From: Candidatus Omnitrophota bacterium
Lineage (GTDB): Bacteria > Omnitrophota > Gorgyraeia > Zapsychrales > Fredricksoniimonadaceae
Length of the DNA stretch: 64,000 bases
Assembly: GCA_028865345.1 (NCBI GenBank)
Contig: JAGWKL010000003.1
Location: 64,184-128,183 of the forward strand
Direction of reading: 5' to 3'
Below are positions 35,906-47,732 of the stretch, piece by piece (the first letter of the stretch is position 1; each line of letters begins with the position of its first letter). Made by a program: the position numbers and the translations under genes. The notes below the pieces were generated by a model that was not told the origin of the DNA, did no database searches, and saw only the letters and a program-made list of their open reading frames with translations.

Positions 35906-37072
35906 ATGGAATTCATCAATCGCATAACCGAAGCCGGGGACTTGTCGCAAATCACCGATGATCTTTTGAAGGATGTCCGGGGTGATTTTGACCTGGGGGT
36001 TTTGTATATTTGCCCCTGGCCGCCCTATGACCCGGTCCAGGTTTTCCAGGCCCTTAAGCAGAAGGTCAATGTCCGCCATTTGATCTGTTGCAGTTGTGCG
36101 GGAGTGATCGGTGCCGGCCGGGAGATCGAAGGCCGGCCGTCGGCATCGCTGATGCTCATGCGTCTGCCGCAGGTGAAAGTTTCCCCTTTCGCCCTGACCC
36201 AGCCGGTGCTTGAGTCATTAAAGGAAAAGGAAGACTGGTGGCGCCTGCTTGAAGTCTATCCCAATGAGAAGCCCGCTTTTTTGGCCTTTGCCGATCCATT
36301 TGCCTTTGACGGCAACACTTTTTTATCGGGATTAAACCAGGCCTATCCCGGAAGTCCAGTGATAGGCGGCCTGGCCTCGGCGGCTTCCAGCCCCGGGGAA
36401 AACATATTGGCCATGGACGGCGAAGTGATGCGGGAAGGCCTTATCGGTGTGGCAATGACAGGCAACCTCGCGGTCGAGACCGTGGTCTCCCAAGGCTGCC
36501 GTCCCATTGGAGAGATCTATATTGTTACAAAAGCCCAGCGCAATATCATTTTTGAATTGGCAGGCCGCCCTTTTTTAAAGTGCTTGGAAGAAGTATTGGG
36601 CCGTGGCACGGACTATGACCGTCATCTGGCGCATGAAGCCATTTTTATCGGTATTGCCATGAACGAATATAAAGAAAAATTCCAGCGGGGCGACTTTTTG
36701 ATCCGCGGAGTCATGGGCCTGGACCCCAAAAGCGGTGCCGGTGCCGTCGGAGACTTTATACGGGTGGGGCAGACCGTACAGTTCCATTTGCGCGATGCCA
36801 GGACAGCCGACGAGGATTTGCATGAGTTGTTAAAGCAGCAAACGGCCCTCAAGCGCACAGGCCTCCATGGGGCCTTTGTTTTTTCCTGCAACGGCCGCGG
36901 GATGAATCTTTTTAAAGAACACGATCATGATATCCGGATCATCCAGGAGCATCTGGGGCCGGTTGCGGCCGCGGGATTTTTTTGCGCCGGGGAGATCGGG
37001 CCGGTCGGAGGAATAAATTTCCTGCACGGTTTTACCAACAGCATGGCCTTATTTTATCCCCAACAGGTATGA
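35906..37072 (+). CDS. FIST signal-transduction domain protein
   Basis: 'ADPF', 'GGLAS', 'SQGCRPIG', 'FSCNGRG', 'GFFCAGEIGP'. Confidence 0.9.
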   Translation: MEFINRITEAGDLSQITDDLLKDVRGDFDLGVLYICPWPPYDPVQVFQALKQKVNVRHLICCSCAGVIGAGREIEGRPSASLMLMRLPQVKVSPFALTQPVLESLKEKEDWWRLLEVYPNEKPAFLAFADPFAFDGNTFLSGLNQAYPGSPVIGGLASAASSPGENILAMDGEVMREGLIGVAMTGNLAVETVVSQGCRPIGEIYIVTKAQRNIIFELAGRPFLKCLEEVLGRGTDYDRHLAHEAIFIGIAMNEYKEKFQRGDFLIRGVMGLDPKSGAGAVGDFIRVGQTVQFHLRDARTADEDLHELLKQQTALKRTGLHGAFVFSCNGRGMNLFKEHDHDIRIIQEHLGPVAAAGFFCAGEIGPVGGINFLHGFTNSMALFYPQQV

Positions 37073-37920
37073 TCCCTGCCACCCCTTATCTGGAGCGCAT
37101 GTTGTCTTTTGTCCGCGAGGCCGGCACAATCGCCCTGGATTTGATGGCGCACAGCGATCCCGGCTTAAAGAAAGACAGTACCGTCATCACCCTTGCGGAC
37201 AAGGCGATTTCCGATTTGGCCAGACGCAGCCTCAGCGATGTGCTTTCAGACCCGGGGCACATCCTTATCGATGAAGAAGACGGCAGGGCATTGGAATATT
37301 TGGACCCCAAACGGCTCGAGCGGACCCCTTTTGTCTGGGCCCTGGACCCCATCGACGGCACACGCTTGTACGCCAATCGCATGCCGTTGTACGGGATTTC
37401 CCTGGGGCTCATCAAGGACTTAAAACCATGGCTGGGGGTCGTGTATTTTCCCTATTTAAAGGAACTTTTTTATTGCGACGGCCAGGAAGCGTATTTTGTG
37501 CACAATCCCTTTGGCCCCCAGGAGATCAAAACAAAGATCGTCCCCATCGATGAAAAACCCTCGCCCCGTTCCCTGTTTTTTTGCAATGATACTTTTTTTG
37601 ATAAATTTTACTGGGGCGACAAAGATTTCCACATCATGATCAACGCCTGCGCTGTAGTCAATCTCTGCTGGCCGGCCATTGCCCGCGGGATAGGCTGCTT
37701 TCTGCGCTGCCACCTGTGGGACTTTGCCGGGAGCTGGCCGATCATCCGGCGAGCAGGGCTGGATTTCCGCCGCATTTCCGACGGAAAAATTATGGACAGC
37801 CTCCAGGCAGACCTGTTTGACCGTTCGCCCGTGGCCTGGCACCTGAAGGAATATTATCTGATATCGAGCGAAGCCAATTTTAAAGAAATTTTGTCAAAAA
37901 TAGTCAGGCGCTCTCCTTGA
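37069..37920 (+). CDS. Inositol monophosphatase family protein
   Basis: 'DEE', 'WALDPIDGT', 'WDFAG'. Confidence 0.85.
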   Translation: MIPATPYLERMLSFVREAGTIALDLMAHSDPGLKKDSTVITLADKAISDLARRSLSDVLSDPGHILIDEEDGRALEYLDPKRLERTPFVWALDPIDGTRLYANRMPLYGISLGLIKDLKPWLGVVYFPYLKELFYCDGQEAYFVHNPFGPQEIKTKIVPIDEKPSPRSLFFCNDTFFDKFYWGDKDFHIMINACAVVNLCWPAIARGIGCFLRCHLWDFAGSWPIIRRAGLDFRRISDGKIMDSLQADLFDRSPVAWHLKEYYLISSEANFKEILSKIVRRSP

Positions 37921-38149
37921 TAAAGGTCCATTTAGGTGCTATACATAAATTAGCCGACAGCAATCATCCGTTAAATCTTAAGGCCCGCTGGGGTTTTCCC
38001 TGGGCACGCCAAGACAAAACCAAAAAAGATGATTCTGCCGGTTTTTTTAGCCTTCACAAGCCCGCCTTTGATGTTATAATGTACGCTTGTAAAAATTTTT
38101 AAATAATGCATGCGTCAAAAACCTTACAAATACAAAGGAACAGGGAATA

Positions 38150-38452
38150 TTGTCTGAACGGTTTATTCGAATCCACAAGAAGTTCCATCTGGATGAGCTT
38201 AAGACCCATCTGATGACCTACGGGGCCTTGTCCGGGACCTGCGCCAATTGCAAGGAGATGGACTTGAGGATCGATGCCCTTCAATGCCCGGGATGTAAGA
38301 CCGATTTTAAATACATCGCCTTCCAAAATGTCAGGGACCACATGCCTAAGATGCAAAAGATCAGCCATGAAAGGCCCAACATCGTTTTTGTGGATTACGA
38401 TGATTTCAAGCGTCTTGAAGGCGAAGAAAAAGCCAAAGGGATATTGGGATGA
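38150..38452 (+). CDS. Hypothetical zinc-ribbon protein
   Basis: CANC...CPGC pairs; TTG start; overlaps the next gene. Confidence 0.65.
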   Translation: MSERFIRIHKKFHLDELKTHLMTYGALSGTCANCKEMDLRIDALQCPGCKTDFKYIAFQNVRDHMPKMQKISHERPNIVFVDYDDFKRLEGEEKAKGILG

Positions 38453-39591
38453 TCAATAAAGAGCGGCTGATAAGAATTACGCAGGGCCTGATCGGCATCA
38501 ATTCAGTTAACCCGCCGGGCAACGAGGTGTCGGTTGCGGATTTTGTCGCCCGTGATTTAAAGGCGATCGGCCTTCAGGTCAAAGTCCATTCATTCGCCAA
38601 AAACCGTCCCAATGTGGTGGCGACCCTTAAGGGCTCATGGCCGAGGCCCAAAGCGCAACGCGAAGCGTTACTGATAACGCCGCATTATGACACCGTGCCT
38701 TTCGGCGAGGGTTGGAAATTCGACCCGCTGGGCGGCGTCATCCGTCACGACCGCATTTACGGCCGGGGGGCCAGCGACGACAAAGGCAATTGCGCCGTGG
38801 GCATGGAGGTATTGCACAGCATGGTCGAAGACGGTATCCGCCCGCAGAGGGACATTGTTTTTGCCGCCACGGCCGACGAGGAGACCGGAAGCCGTCTGGG
38901 GATCATCCCTTTGTTGAGCAAAGGCATCCTGCGCCCCAAAGCCGCTTTGATCACCGACTCAGAAGAATTCGACGCTATCATCGCGCAAAAAGGGCTTCTG
39001 CATTGCCGGGTTCAGATTTTCGGGAAAAAAGCCCATGGGGCCTATAATTGGCTGGGCGTCAACGCCATTGAAATCGCGGCAAGGGCCATCAACCGCCTTA
39101 AGAAACACCAGTTTAAATATAAAAAACACCCGTTGCTTGTACCGCCGACCAAGAACATCGGTACCATCCGCGGGGGAGATAAGGTCAACATGGTGGCGGA
39201 TTTTTGCGAGTTCGCCCTGGATTTGCGTTTCATGCCGGGGATGACGGCCGGTAAAATTTTAAAAGAAATCAAAGGCGTCATCGCCCAAGAGACCAAGAAT
39301 TTTAAAATAATCATCGATGATACCCAAAAGCCATACGGGATCGATGCGGGGCATCCTTTTGTCAAGACCTATGTGGATACATGCAGGAAAATGGGCTTCA
39401 AAGCCAAATTAAAAGGCAGCCAGGGAGCGACCGTCATCACCTTTTTCCAGGACTACGGCATTCCTGCATTTTCGACGGGATGGGGCAGCCACGGGGTCAT
39501 CCATGCCAATGATGAGTACGCGGAAATTAAAATACTATACAACGGGGCCAGGGTCTTAGAGCGCTTTATTAAGGAATACGATGTTGTTTAG
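38449..39591 (+). CDS. M20 family metallopeptidase (ArgE/DapE-like)
   Basis: 'HYDTVP', 'GRGASDDKG', 'DEETG', 'GKKAHG', 'HANDE'. Confidence 0.9.
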   Translation: MINKERLIRITQGLIGINSVNPPGNEVSVADFVARDLKAIGLQVKVHSFAKNRPNVVATLKGSWPRPKAQREALLITPHYDTVPFGEGWKFDPLGGVIRHDRIYGRGASDDKGNCAVGMEVLHSMVEDGIRPQRDIVFAATADEETGSRLGIIPLLSKGILRPKAALITDSEEFDAIIAQKGLLHCRVQIFGKKAHGAYNWLGVNAIEIAARAINRLKKHQFKYKKHPLLVPPTKNIGTIRGGDKVNMVADFCEFALDLRFMPGMTAGKILKEIKGVIAQETKNFKIIIDDTQKPYGIDAGHPFVKTYVDTCRKMGFKAKLKGSQGATVITFFQDYGIPAFSTGWGSHGVIHANDEYAEIKILYNGARVLERFIKEYDVV

Positions 39592-40249
39592 GGCCTTTTT
39601 ACTGACATTATTCCTGGGGTGCGCCTTTTCCCGAAGCTCGCATGCTGAAACCATCTACTATTCCATCCGCCAGATAGGGTTTGACGGTAAGGCGAGCCTG
39701 ACCATGGCCGGCCCCAGGAATTATAAAGGACGCAAGACCCTGTTGGTCGCTTTCAAGGCCCGCGGCGCGCATTATTGGGACAATGAGGACATCTATCTGG
39801 ACCCGTCGACGTACAAGCCGCTGTTTGTGGAACGCAATTTCAGTTTGAGCATTTTCGGCCAGGGCAAAGTTTCGGAAGATTATGTCAGTTCCAAAGGGCA
39901 GATCCTTATTACCAAGGTGGACGGCGACCGTGTGACCCATCAGGTCATCAATGAAGTCGGCAGCGTGGACAATATTTATGGGTTTATTTATCGTTACCGT
40001 AAGGAAGGATCATTTAAAATAGGGGATGTCATTCACATGATCCTGCCGACCAGGGATTTAAAGCTCCGTCTGGTCAAGCGCATGAAGCTTAAAATAGGCA
40101 GGAAATCTTATGAAAGCTATTTTATGGAAAGCCAGCCGCGGAGATATAAAATCTGGTTCGCTGACTCCGGGCTTAAATTGCCGCTGCGCATCACCGGTTC
40201 CATCGGGTTCCTTAATTCAGTGATGACGATGACAGGCTATAAAGAATAA
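39581..40249 (+). CDS. Secreted DUF3108-like beta-rich protein
   Basis: Signal peptide; beta-strand-rich; 'IWFAD...LPLRI'. Confidence 0.55.
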   Translation: MLFRAFLLTLFLGCAFSRSSHAETIYYSIRQIGFDGKASLTMAGPRNYKGRKTLLVAFKARGAHYWDNEDIYLDPSTYKPLFVERNFSLSIFGQGKVSEDYVSSKGQILITKVDGDRVTHQVINEVGSVDNIYGFIYRYRKEGSFKIGDVIHMILPTRDLKLRLVKRMKLKIGRKSYESYFMESQPRRYKIWFADSGLKLPLRITGSIGFLNSVMTMTGYKE

Positions 40250-40308
40250 ACAAAAGGCCCTATTCCATCAACGTCGTTAAGGCGGGTGCTAATGCGGGGG
40301 AGAATGAA

Positions 40309-41493
40309 GTGACTAAGCGTCTTCCTAATACACGAGGCTATTATGGTCCTTTCGGGGGGCGGTTCGCGCCCGAGACCCTGATGGCAGTGCTGTCTCAATT
40401 GGAAAAACAGTACGCGGCCATTAAAAAAGATAAAGCTTTCCGGAAGGAACTGGAGTTTTATCTCAAGGAATATGCCGGAAGACCTACGCGTCTCTATTTG
40501 GCCAAAGGCTTAAGCGCGCATTTGAAAAAGCTCAAGGTTTATTTAAAGCGCGAGGACCTCCTGCATACGGGCGCGCATAAGATCAATAACACCCTGGGAC
40601 AGATACTGGTGGCCCGGCGCATGGGCAAAACGCGTATCATCGCCGAGACGGGCGCCGGCCAGCACGGGGTGGCCACGGCGACGTGTGCGGCCCTCTTCGG
40701 GCTTAAATGTGTGGTCTATATGGGTTCCGAGGACGTCCAGCGCCAATCCCTCAACGTGCTGCGTATGAAATTGATGGGTGCGACCGTGATCCCCGTCGAA
40801 AGCGGGTCTAAAACGCTCAAAGACGCCATGAATGAAGCGGTGCGCGACTGGGTGACCAACGTGGCGGACACCTTTTATATTATAGGTTCAGTGGCGGGGT
40901 TCCATCCCTACCCGGCCATGGTGCGTGATTTTCAGTCCGTGATAGGCCGGGAGGCCCGGCGGCAATTCTTGGCCTTGAACAAGAGATTACCGGATTATCT
41001 GCTCGCCTGTGTCGGCGGAGGCAGCAATGCCATGGGCTTGTTCCATCCATTTTATGCAGACGCCTCCGTCAAAATGATAGGAGTGGAAGCCGCAGGGCAC
41101 GGGGTGCATACGCAACAGCATGCCGCGACATTAAACCTTGGCACGACCGGCGTTTTGCATGGCAGCAAATCCAAGCTTTTGCAAAACAGCGACGGTCAAG
41201 TACAGGTGGCGCACTCCATTGCCGCGGGATTGGATTATCCGGGGGTCGGCCCCGAACATGCCTATTACCAGGCCAGCGGCCGCGCCCAATACGTTACTGT
41301 TACCGATGTGGACGCGATCGAAGGCTTAAAACTTTTGTCCCGATTGGAAGGGATCATCCCTGCCATGGAGACGGCCCATGCTATTGCGTATTTGCCGAGG
41401 CTTGCCCGCCGGGTCAAAAAGACGGCAACGGTCATCGTCTGCCTTTCCGGACGCGGGGACAAGGACATGAACCAGATTTCTCAATTGATCTAA
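40309..41493 (+). CDS. trpB: Tryptophan synthase beta chain
   Basis: '[10 protein letters not shown]', 'AETGAGQHG', 'GGGSNA', 'GLDYPGVGP', 'LSGRGDKD'. Confidence 0.98.
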   Translation: MTKRLPNTRGYYGPFGGRFAPETLMAVLSQLEKQYAAIKKDKAFRKELEFYLKEYAGRPTRLYLAKGLSAHLKKLKVYLKREDLLHTGAHKINNTLGQILVARRMGKTRIIAETGAGQHGVATATCAALFGLKCVVYMGSEDVQRQSLNVLRMKLMGATVIPVESGSKTLKDAMNEAVRDWVTNVADTFYIIGSVAGFHPYPAMVRDFQSVIGREARRQFLALNKRLPDYLLACVGGGSNAMGLFHPFYADASVKMIGVEAAGHGVHTQQHAATLNLGTTGVLHGSKSKLLQNSDGQVQVAHSIAAGLDYPGVGPEHAYYQASGRAQYVTVTDVDAIEGLKLLSRLEGIIPAMETAHAIAYLPRLARRVKKTATVIVCLSGRGDKDMNQISQLI

Positions 41494-42288
41494 ATGAACC
41501 GGATCGAACAAAAATTTCAGGAATTGAAACAGCAAAAGCGTAAGGCCTTTATTGCCTTCATTACCGCCGGCGATCCTGATTTGTCTTCTACCGGGAAGCT
41601 GGTCAGGGCCCTGGAGGAGGCAGGCGTGGATATCATTGAATTGGGCGTCCCTTTTTCCGACCCCCTGGCCGACGGCCCCATTATTCAAGCCTCTTATCAC
41701 CGGGCTTTAAATCATGGGACGACCGTCAAAAAAATTTTAGAGACGGTCAAGCGCCTGCGCCGCACGACATCCATTCCCTTGGCGCTGATGAGTTCTTATA
41801 ATCCTATTTTTCATTTCGGTGAACAGAAGTTTATCGAGTCCTGCGTCGAAGCGGGGGTGGATGGACTGATTGTGCCTGATTTGCCCCCGGAAGAAGCTGT
41901 CAAGCTTCGCCGTCTTGCCCGGGAATATGATGTGGCGACTGTCTTTTTTGTGGCACCCACCAGTACCGACGATCGCATCAAATCCAATACCATGGCGGCC
42001 AACGGGTTTGTTTATTATGTCTCGTTGACAGGGACGACGGGCGTCCAAAAAGCGGTGGCGTCCGCCGTGATCAGGCACGTCCGGCATATCAAACGCTTCA
42101 CCCCAAAGCCCGTTTGCGTGGGTTTTGGCATCTCAACGCCGCAGCAAGTCAGGGCCATTGCCCGGGCCGCCGACGGTATTATTGTCGGCAGCGCCATCGT
42201 CAAGACTATCGAGGCGCACAGGGGCAGGCGTGACCTGTTGCCGTCCGTCAAGCGCTACGTTTCTTCATTAGTGAAAGCCCTGAGATAA
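41494..42288 (+). CDS. trpA: Tryptophan synthase alpha chain
   Basis: 'IELGVPFSDPLADGPIIQ', 'GFGIS', 'IVGSA'. Confidence 0.98.
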   Translation: MNRIEQKFQELKQQKRKAFIAFITAGDPDLSSTGKLVRALEEAGVDIIELGVPFSDPLADGPIIQASYHRALNHGTTVKKILETVKRLRRTTSIPLALMSSYNPIFHFGEQKFIESCVEAGVDGLIVPDLPPEEAVKLRRLAREYDVATVFFVAPTSTDDRIKSNTMAANGFVYYVSLTGTTGVQKAVASAVIRHVRHIKRFTPKPVCVGFGISTPQQVRAIARAADGIIVGSAIVKTIEAHRGRRDLLPSVKRYVSSLVKALR

Positions 42289-42289
42289 T

Positions 42290-43564
42290 ATGCGCCGCCT
42301 CACCTCATTGCCTAATCAAATCCGCATCGTTACCCGGGACATCAAAGACCGCGACAGCGTTTCCATCGGGGTATGGCTCGCCGCCGGCGGCCGATATGAG
42401 ACGCAGGGCAATAAGGGTGTGGCGCATTTTTTGGAGCATATGGCTTTCAAGGGAAGCGCTCAATATTCCTGCGATGAGATCAAACAGACGGTGGAAGGTG
42501 TCGGCGGGTGCCTGAATGCCTTTACCGGTGAAGAAGAGACCTGTTATTATGCCAAGGTGCCCGGGGCCCATTGGAAGGAGACCTTCGATGTCCTTGCGGA
42601 TTTGAGTTTTTTCCCCCGGCTGGCGCCCAAGGACCTGGAAAAAGAGCGCGCGGTCATTTTGGAAGAAATCAAGATGTACCGCGACCTGCCGCAATATTAT
42701 GTGGGCGAACTTCTCGAGGGGCTTTTGTGGCCGGGCCACCCGCTGGGCCAAAGCCTGGCAGGCACTTGGGCGTCGGTGGGGAAGATGACCGTCGCTCATG
42801 TGCGCGATTTTCAGCGCAAACTTTATGTGCCGGCCAATACGGTGATCGCCGTCTGCGGCTCCATAAGGCATGAAGAATTGGTCAGGTGCGTCGCTGCAAA
42901 ATTAGGGAAACTGAAAGCGGCCGCGGGACCGTCCTATCTTCCCGCCCGCCGTACCCAGGAGCATCCCGGCATCCATTTACATTTCAAACAGACCGAACAG
43001 ATGCATTTGGCCATGGGTTATCTGGGTTATGAGACCAACCATAAGGACTATTATGTCCTGGCCTTGTTGAATATCATCTTAGGCGGGAACATGTCCAGCC
43101 GTTTATTCAATGAAGTCCGGGAAAAGCGCGGGTTGGCGTATTCCGTTTCCAGCGGCGCCAAAAGCCTGGATGATACCGGAGCTTTCATGATCCGCGCCGG
43201 CGTGGACAATGCCAAGATCGTCGATGCTCTCCAATTGATCCTTAAGGTTTTGGCTGGGGTCGCCTCCGGCGGAGTCGAAGAAGGGGAGTTTGTGCGCGCC
43301 CGGGAATATTATATCGGCCAATTCCTGCTGGGTATGGAAGATACCATGGACCAGATGCTTTGGACGGGCAGCGGGGTCATCAGCAATGACCAGGTCAAGA
43401 CCATGGGAGACGCCATTAAAAAGATCAAGGCGGTGACCAGGAGCGATATTCAACGCGTGGCCCGTGAAATTTTGGATCCGTGCAGGTTGAACCTCGCCAT
43501 CATCGGTCCTATGAGCGACGGGCAGCGAAAACAGATCGCGGACCTGACGGGTGCTGTTGCTTAA
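42290..43564 (+). CDS. M16 (pitrilysin) family zinc protease
   Basis: HFLEH (HxxEH), 'NAFT', 'SSRLFNEVREKRGLAY'. Confidence 0.92.
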   Translation: MRRLTSLPNQIRIVTRDIKDRDSVSIGVWLAAGGRYETQGNKGVAHFLEHMAFKGSAQYSCDEIKQTVEGVGGCLNAFTGEEETCYYAKVPGAHWKETFDVLADLSFFPRLAPKDLEKERAVILEEIKMYRDLPQYYVGELLEGLLWPGHPLGQSLAGTWASVGKMTVAHVRDFQRKLYVPANTVIAVCGSIRHEELVRCVAAKLGKLKAAAGPSYLPARRTQEHPGIHLHFKQTEQMHLAMGYLGYETNHKDYYVLALLNIILGGNMSSRLFNEVREKRGLAYSVSSGAKSLDDTGAFMIRAGVDNAKIVDALQLILKVLAGVASGGVEEGEFVRAREYYIGQFLLGMEDTMDQMLWTGSGVISNDQVKTMGDAIKKIKAVTRSDIQRVAREILDPCRLNLAIIGPMSDGQRKQIADLTGAVA

Positions 43565-43585
43565 AAAATCCAATTATGCTATGAT
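43557..43585 (+). promoter_or_regulatory. sigma70-type leaderless promoter of iscA-thiC
   Basis: TTGCTT-N17-TATGAT with TG extension, 6 nt before the ATG at 43592. Confidence 0.6.
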
Positions 43586-43591
43586 TGAATT

Positions 43592-43939
43592 ATGGAATCG
43601 ACACAGACTCATGAACCTATTGTAACGCTAACGGATGCGGCTGCGGCCAAGGTCCGGTCTATGATGGCCAAGGAAGGCAAGGAGGGGCATGCCTTGCGTT
43701 TCGGCGTTGTCACCGGCGGCTGCGCGGGGCTTTCCTATGAAATGAAATTTCAAAAGGCCCCTTATGAGAATGATGTCCTTTTTATGCACAACGGCGTCAA
43801 TATCATTGTCAACCAGGAAAGTGTTGAGTTCGTCAAGGGTGTTGAGATCGATTACGTGGACACCTTGCGCGAATCCGGCTTTAAATATAAAAACCCCCAG
43901 GCCAAATCCAGTTGCGGCTGCGGCACTTCTTTTAGTTAA
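43592..43939 (+). CDS. HesB/IscA family Fe-S cluster A-type carrier
   Basis: 'GGCAGLSY' and 'SCGCGTSF'. Confidence 0.93.
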   Translation: MESTQTHEPIVTLTDAAAAKVRSMMAKEGKEGHALRFGVVTGGCAGLSYEMKFQKAPYENDVLFMHNGVNIIVNQESVEFVKGVEIDYVDTLRESGFKYKNPQAKSSCGCGTSFS

Positions 43940-45727
<1,788 letters not shown>

Positions 45728-45738
45728 GGTTCAGATGA

Positions 45739-47574
45739 TCAAGTGACGGCCAGGGCTCCGGTCGTCGCAAAGGCCTCGGCAAATTCTTCCACCAGGCCCA
45801 GGAGCCTCTGATGGCACGCTTCCAGATCATTGAGCGCTTTAGTGCGGTATTCGAGGGATTCTTCCACCATCTGCGGGAAAAGCTTGCGGTAATACTCAAT
45901 CCCTTCCAAAAGATTATTTTTAAATTCCGTAAAATATTTGACCTTTTGATCGGTGATGTTTCTAAGAGATTTGGCAACGTCTTTCTTGAGATAATCTACG
46001 TACATGCCCAATTCTTTGATGAACATGTTGGGTCTGGGTGTGTCGTTCAGAAGATTGATACGGCCGTAGATATGGTCGGCCATTTCTTTTAACGTGGCTA
46101 TTTGGGAAAAGTAGGCCAGATTAGGGCCCGGGCAGACCGCGGTAAAGCCGGGGACCCTGGTAGTAATGTTATTTTTAACGATGGCCGGCTGGCCCAGATC
46201 ATGGCAGATACAGGCCTTGACCACAATGGCCTCGAGGTGTTTTTTATATTCTGCCTCGTCCAGGTTCAAGGCATTGAGCTGGTCGATCTTAAGCTTCTGG
46301 TACTGGCGGCTGGCGGTGCAGATCGGCTCTTCGGTAAATTCGGTATTTGAAACCAAGTGGCCTTTAGGACAGGCGCTGCCTGGACGGCCTCGCATGACCT
46401 TAAGATTCTTTTCAATATCGCTCAGGGAATCCCTTATACTGTTAAAAGGGACGCCTAAGGGAGAGACCTCGCTGACGTACAGGTCTTTTTCACCGGCCTT
46501 GGACAGTTTTTCCAGGGTGATGGCGTCAACGTTAGTGACCTCAGGACACAGCAGAAAAGGCGTGGCCCAGCCGGTGGCATTTAATCCGTAATGGGCCCGT
46601 AAGAATTTATCTTCGTTATGGGTGCCGATACCGCCCTGGGCAGTGATCTTGACCTCATGGGGTTTGGCGAAAAAGCCTTTGTTCTTCAGCTTCAGGGCCT
46701 CGTTATAAATATGATGCAGTTCGTCGGTCAGCTGTTGGCGTTTGACCCGGAACTCTTCCAGGATAGGGCCCATCAAGTACCCATCCGTGGCAAAAGCATG
46801 GCCGCCGCAATTAAGGCCCGATTCGACGCGGTATTCTGAGATCCACAGGCCTTTTTTGGCGAAGAATTTTCCCTGCACGATGGAGGATCGGAAATCGCTG
46901 ACCTTCAAAATGATTTTTTTCTTGATGTCGCCTGTGGCATCGGCATAGAAATCCTTGAATTGCTCGGCATAAGCATACAGCCGGCGGTTGATGCCCGCGG
47001 AGAACACAATGGCTGACCGCAGGCTGCTCGCGGCGTAACCGCGCAGCGCTGAAAGGGCGTCGGAAAACTCGGCAGGTAAAAGGGCGCCTTGGGTGTCATA
47101 ATTATTGCGGTCAAGCTTGGTCATGATGTTGACATTGATATCACCGGGCCGGATCGATTCGCGCAAATTTCTTTGAAGGTCCGCCTTGAGTTTAAGATCA
47201 GGGCACTCCAGCATGTGCCGCCAGGCAGCCTTGAGTACGGAATCTTCGGGAAGCATTTCGAAATATTTGGTGATCTCGCTGCCCGCCTCAAAGGGGGAGT
47301 TTTTAAGTTCTTCAAACTGGCGCTGAACGATGCGGTTGACCAGGTCCAAATACGCGGTGATGCGCCGCGCGCGGAAATCGTCATCGTGTTTAGTAATGGG
47401 GGTATAATGTTCACCCTCTTTTTCGCAATAGAACTGGCGCATCTGTTCGATCAGGGTATCATCCACCAGCGAAATGACCGAGTGAATGCCATAGCGCGCC
47501 ACCTTAATAGGCGTGTCGATCGAAAATGCGGTCCCCATCACGGGTATGTGAAAAGAATGGATCTGCTTTGCCAT
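45739..47574 (-). CDS. Conserved hypothetical protein, putative FMN-dependent TIM-barrel (nitronate monooxygenase/FabK/FabX-like) with Cys cluster
   Basis: 'ESGLNCGGH', 'AQGGIG', 'GWATPFL', C-terminal CPKG/ICT/CICH/CPGP. Confidence 0.6.
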   Translation of the reverse strand: MAKQIHSFHIPVMGTAFSIDTPIKVARYGIHSVISLVDDTLIEQMRQFYCEKEGEHYTPITKHDDDFRARRITAYLDLVNRIVQRQFEELKNSPFEAGSEITKYFEMLPEDSVLKAAWRHMLECPDLKLKADLQRNLRESIRPGDINVNIMTKLDRNNYDTQGALLPAEFSDALSALRGYAASSLRSAIVFSAGINRRLYAYAEQFKDFYADATGDIKKKIILKVSDFRSSIVQGKFFAKKGLWISEYRVESGLNCGGHAFATDGYLMGPILEEFRVKRQQLTDELHHIYNEALKLKNKGFFAKPHEVKITAQGGIGTHNEDKFLRAHYGLNATGWATPFLLCPEVTNVDAITLEKLSKAGEKDLYVSEVSPLGVPFNSIRDSLSDIEKNLKVMRGRPGSACPKGHLVSNTEFTEEPICTASRQYQKLKIDQLNALNLDEAEYKKHLEAIVVKACICHDLGQPAIVKNNITTRVPGFTAVCPGPNLAYFSQIATLKEMADHIYGRINLLNDTPRPNMFIKELGMYVDYLKKDVAKSLRNITDQKVKYFTEFKNNLLEGIEYYRKLFPQMVEESLEYRTKALNDLEACHQRLLGLVEEFAEAFATTGALAVT

Positions 47575-47668
47575 ATGAGTACAAATATACCCTATTTCAT
47601 TTCAAAAAGCAAATTTTATATATAATTCTAAAGCCCTTAAATTTTTCGGGGAGTATGTGAATGGATAT

Positions 47669-47702
47669 ATTGTCAACCTGGGCCAAAGAAGCTGTTGACA
47701 AT
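47669..47702. promoter_or_regulatory. BirA-type biotin operator overlapping the -35 box of bioB
   Basis: ATTGTCAAC-N16-GTTGACAAT perfect inverted repeat; TTGACA at 47695-47700, TATTCT at 47717-47722. Confidence 0.8.
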
Positions 47703-47732
47703 CGGCAATTTCTTGATATTCTTTATAAGCAT

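Noticed and set aside
37917-38102. 61-aa ORF or possible ncRNA in the gap after the inositol monophosphatase gene
   Set aside because: No RBS, motif or convincing structure; it overlaps the probable promoter (TGTTATAAT near 38072-38080) of the next gene
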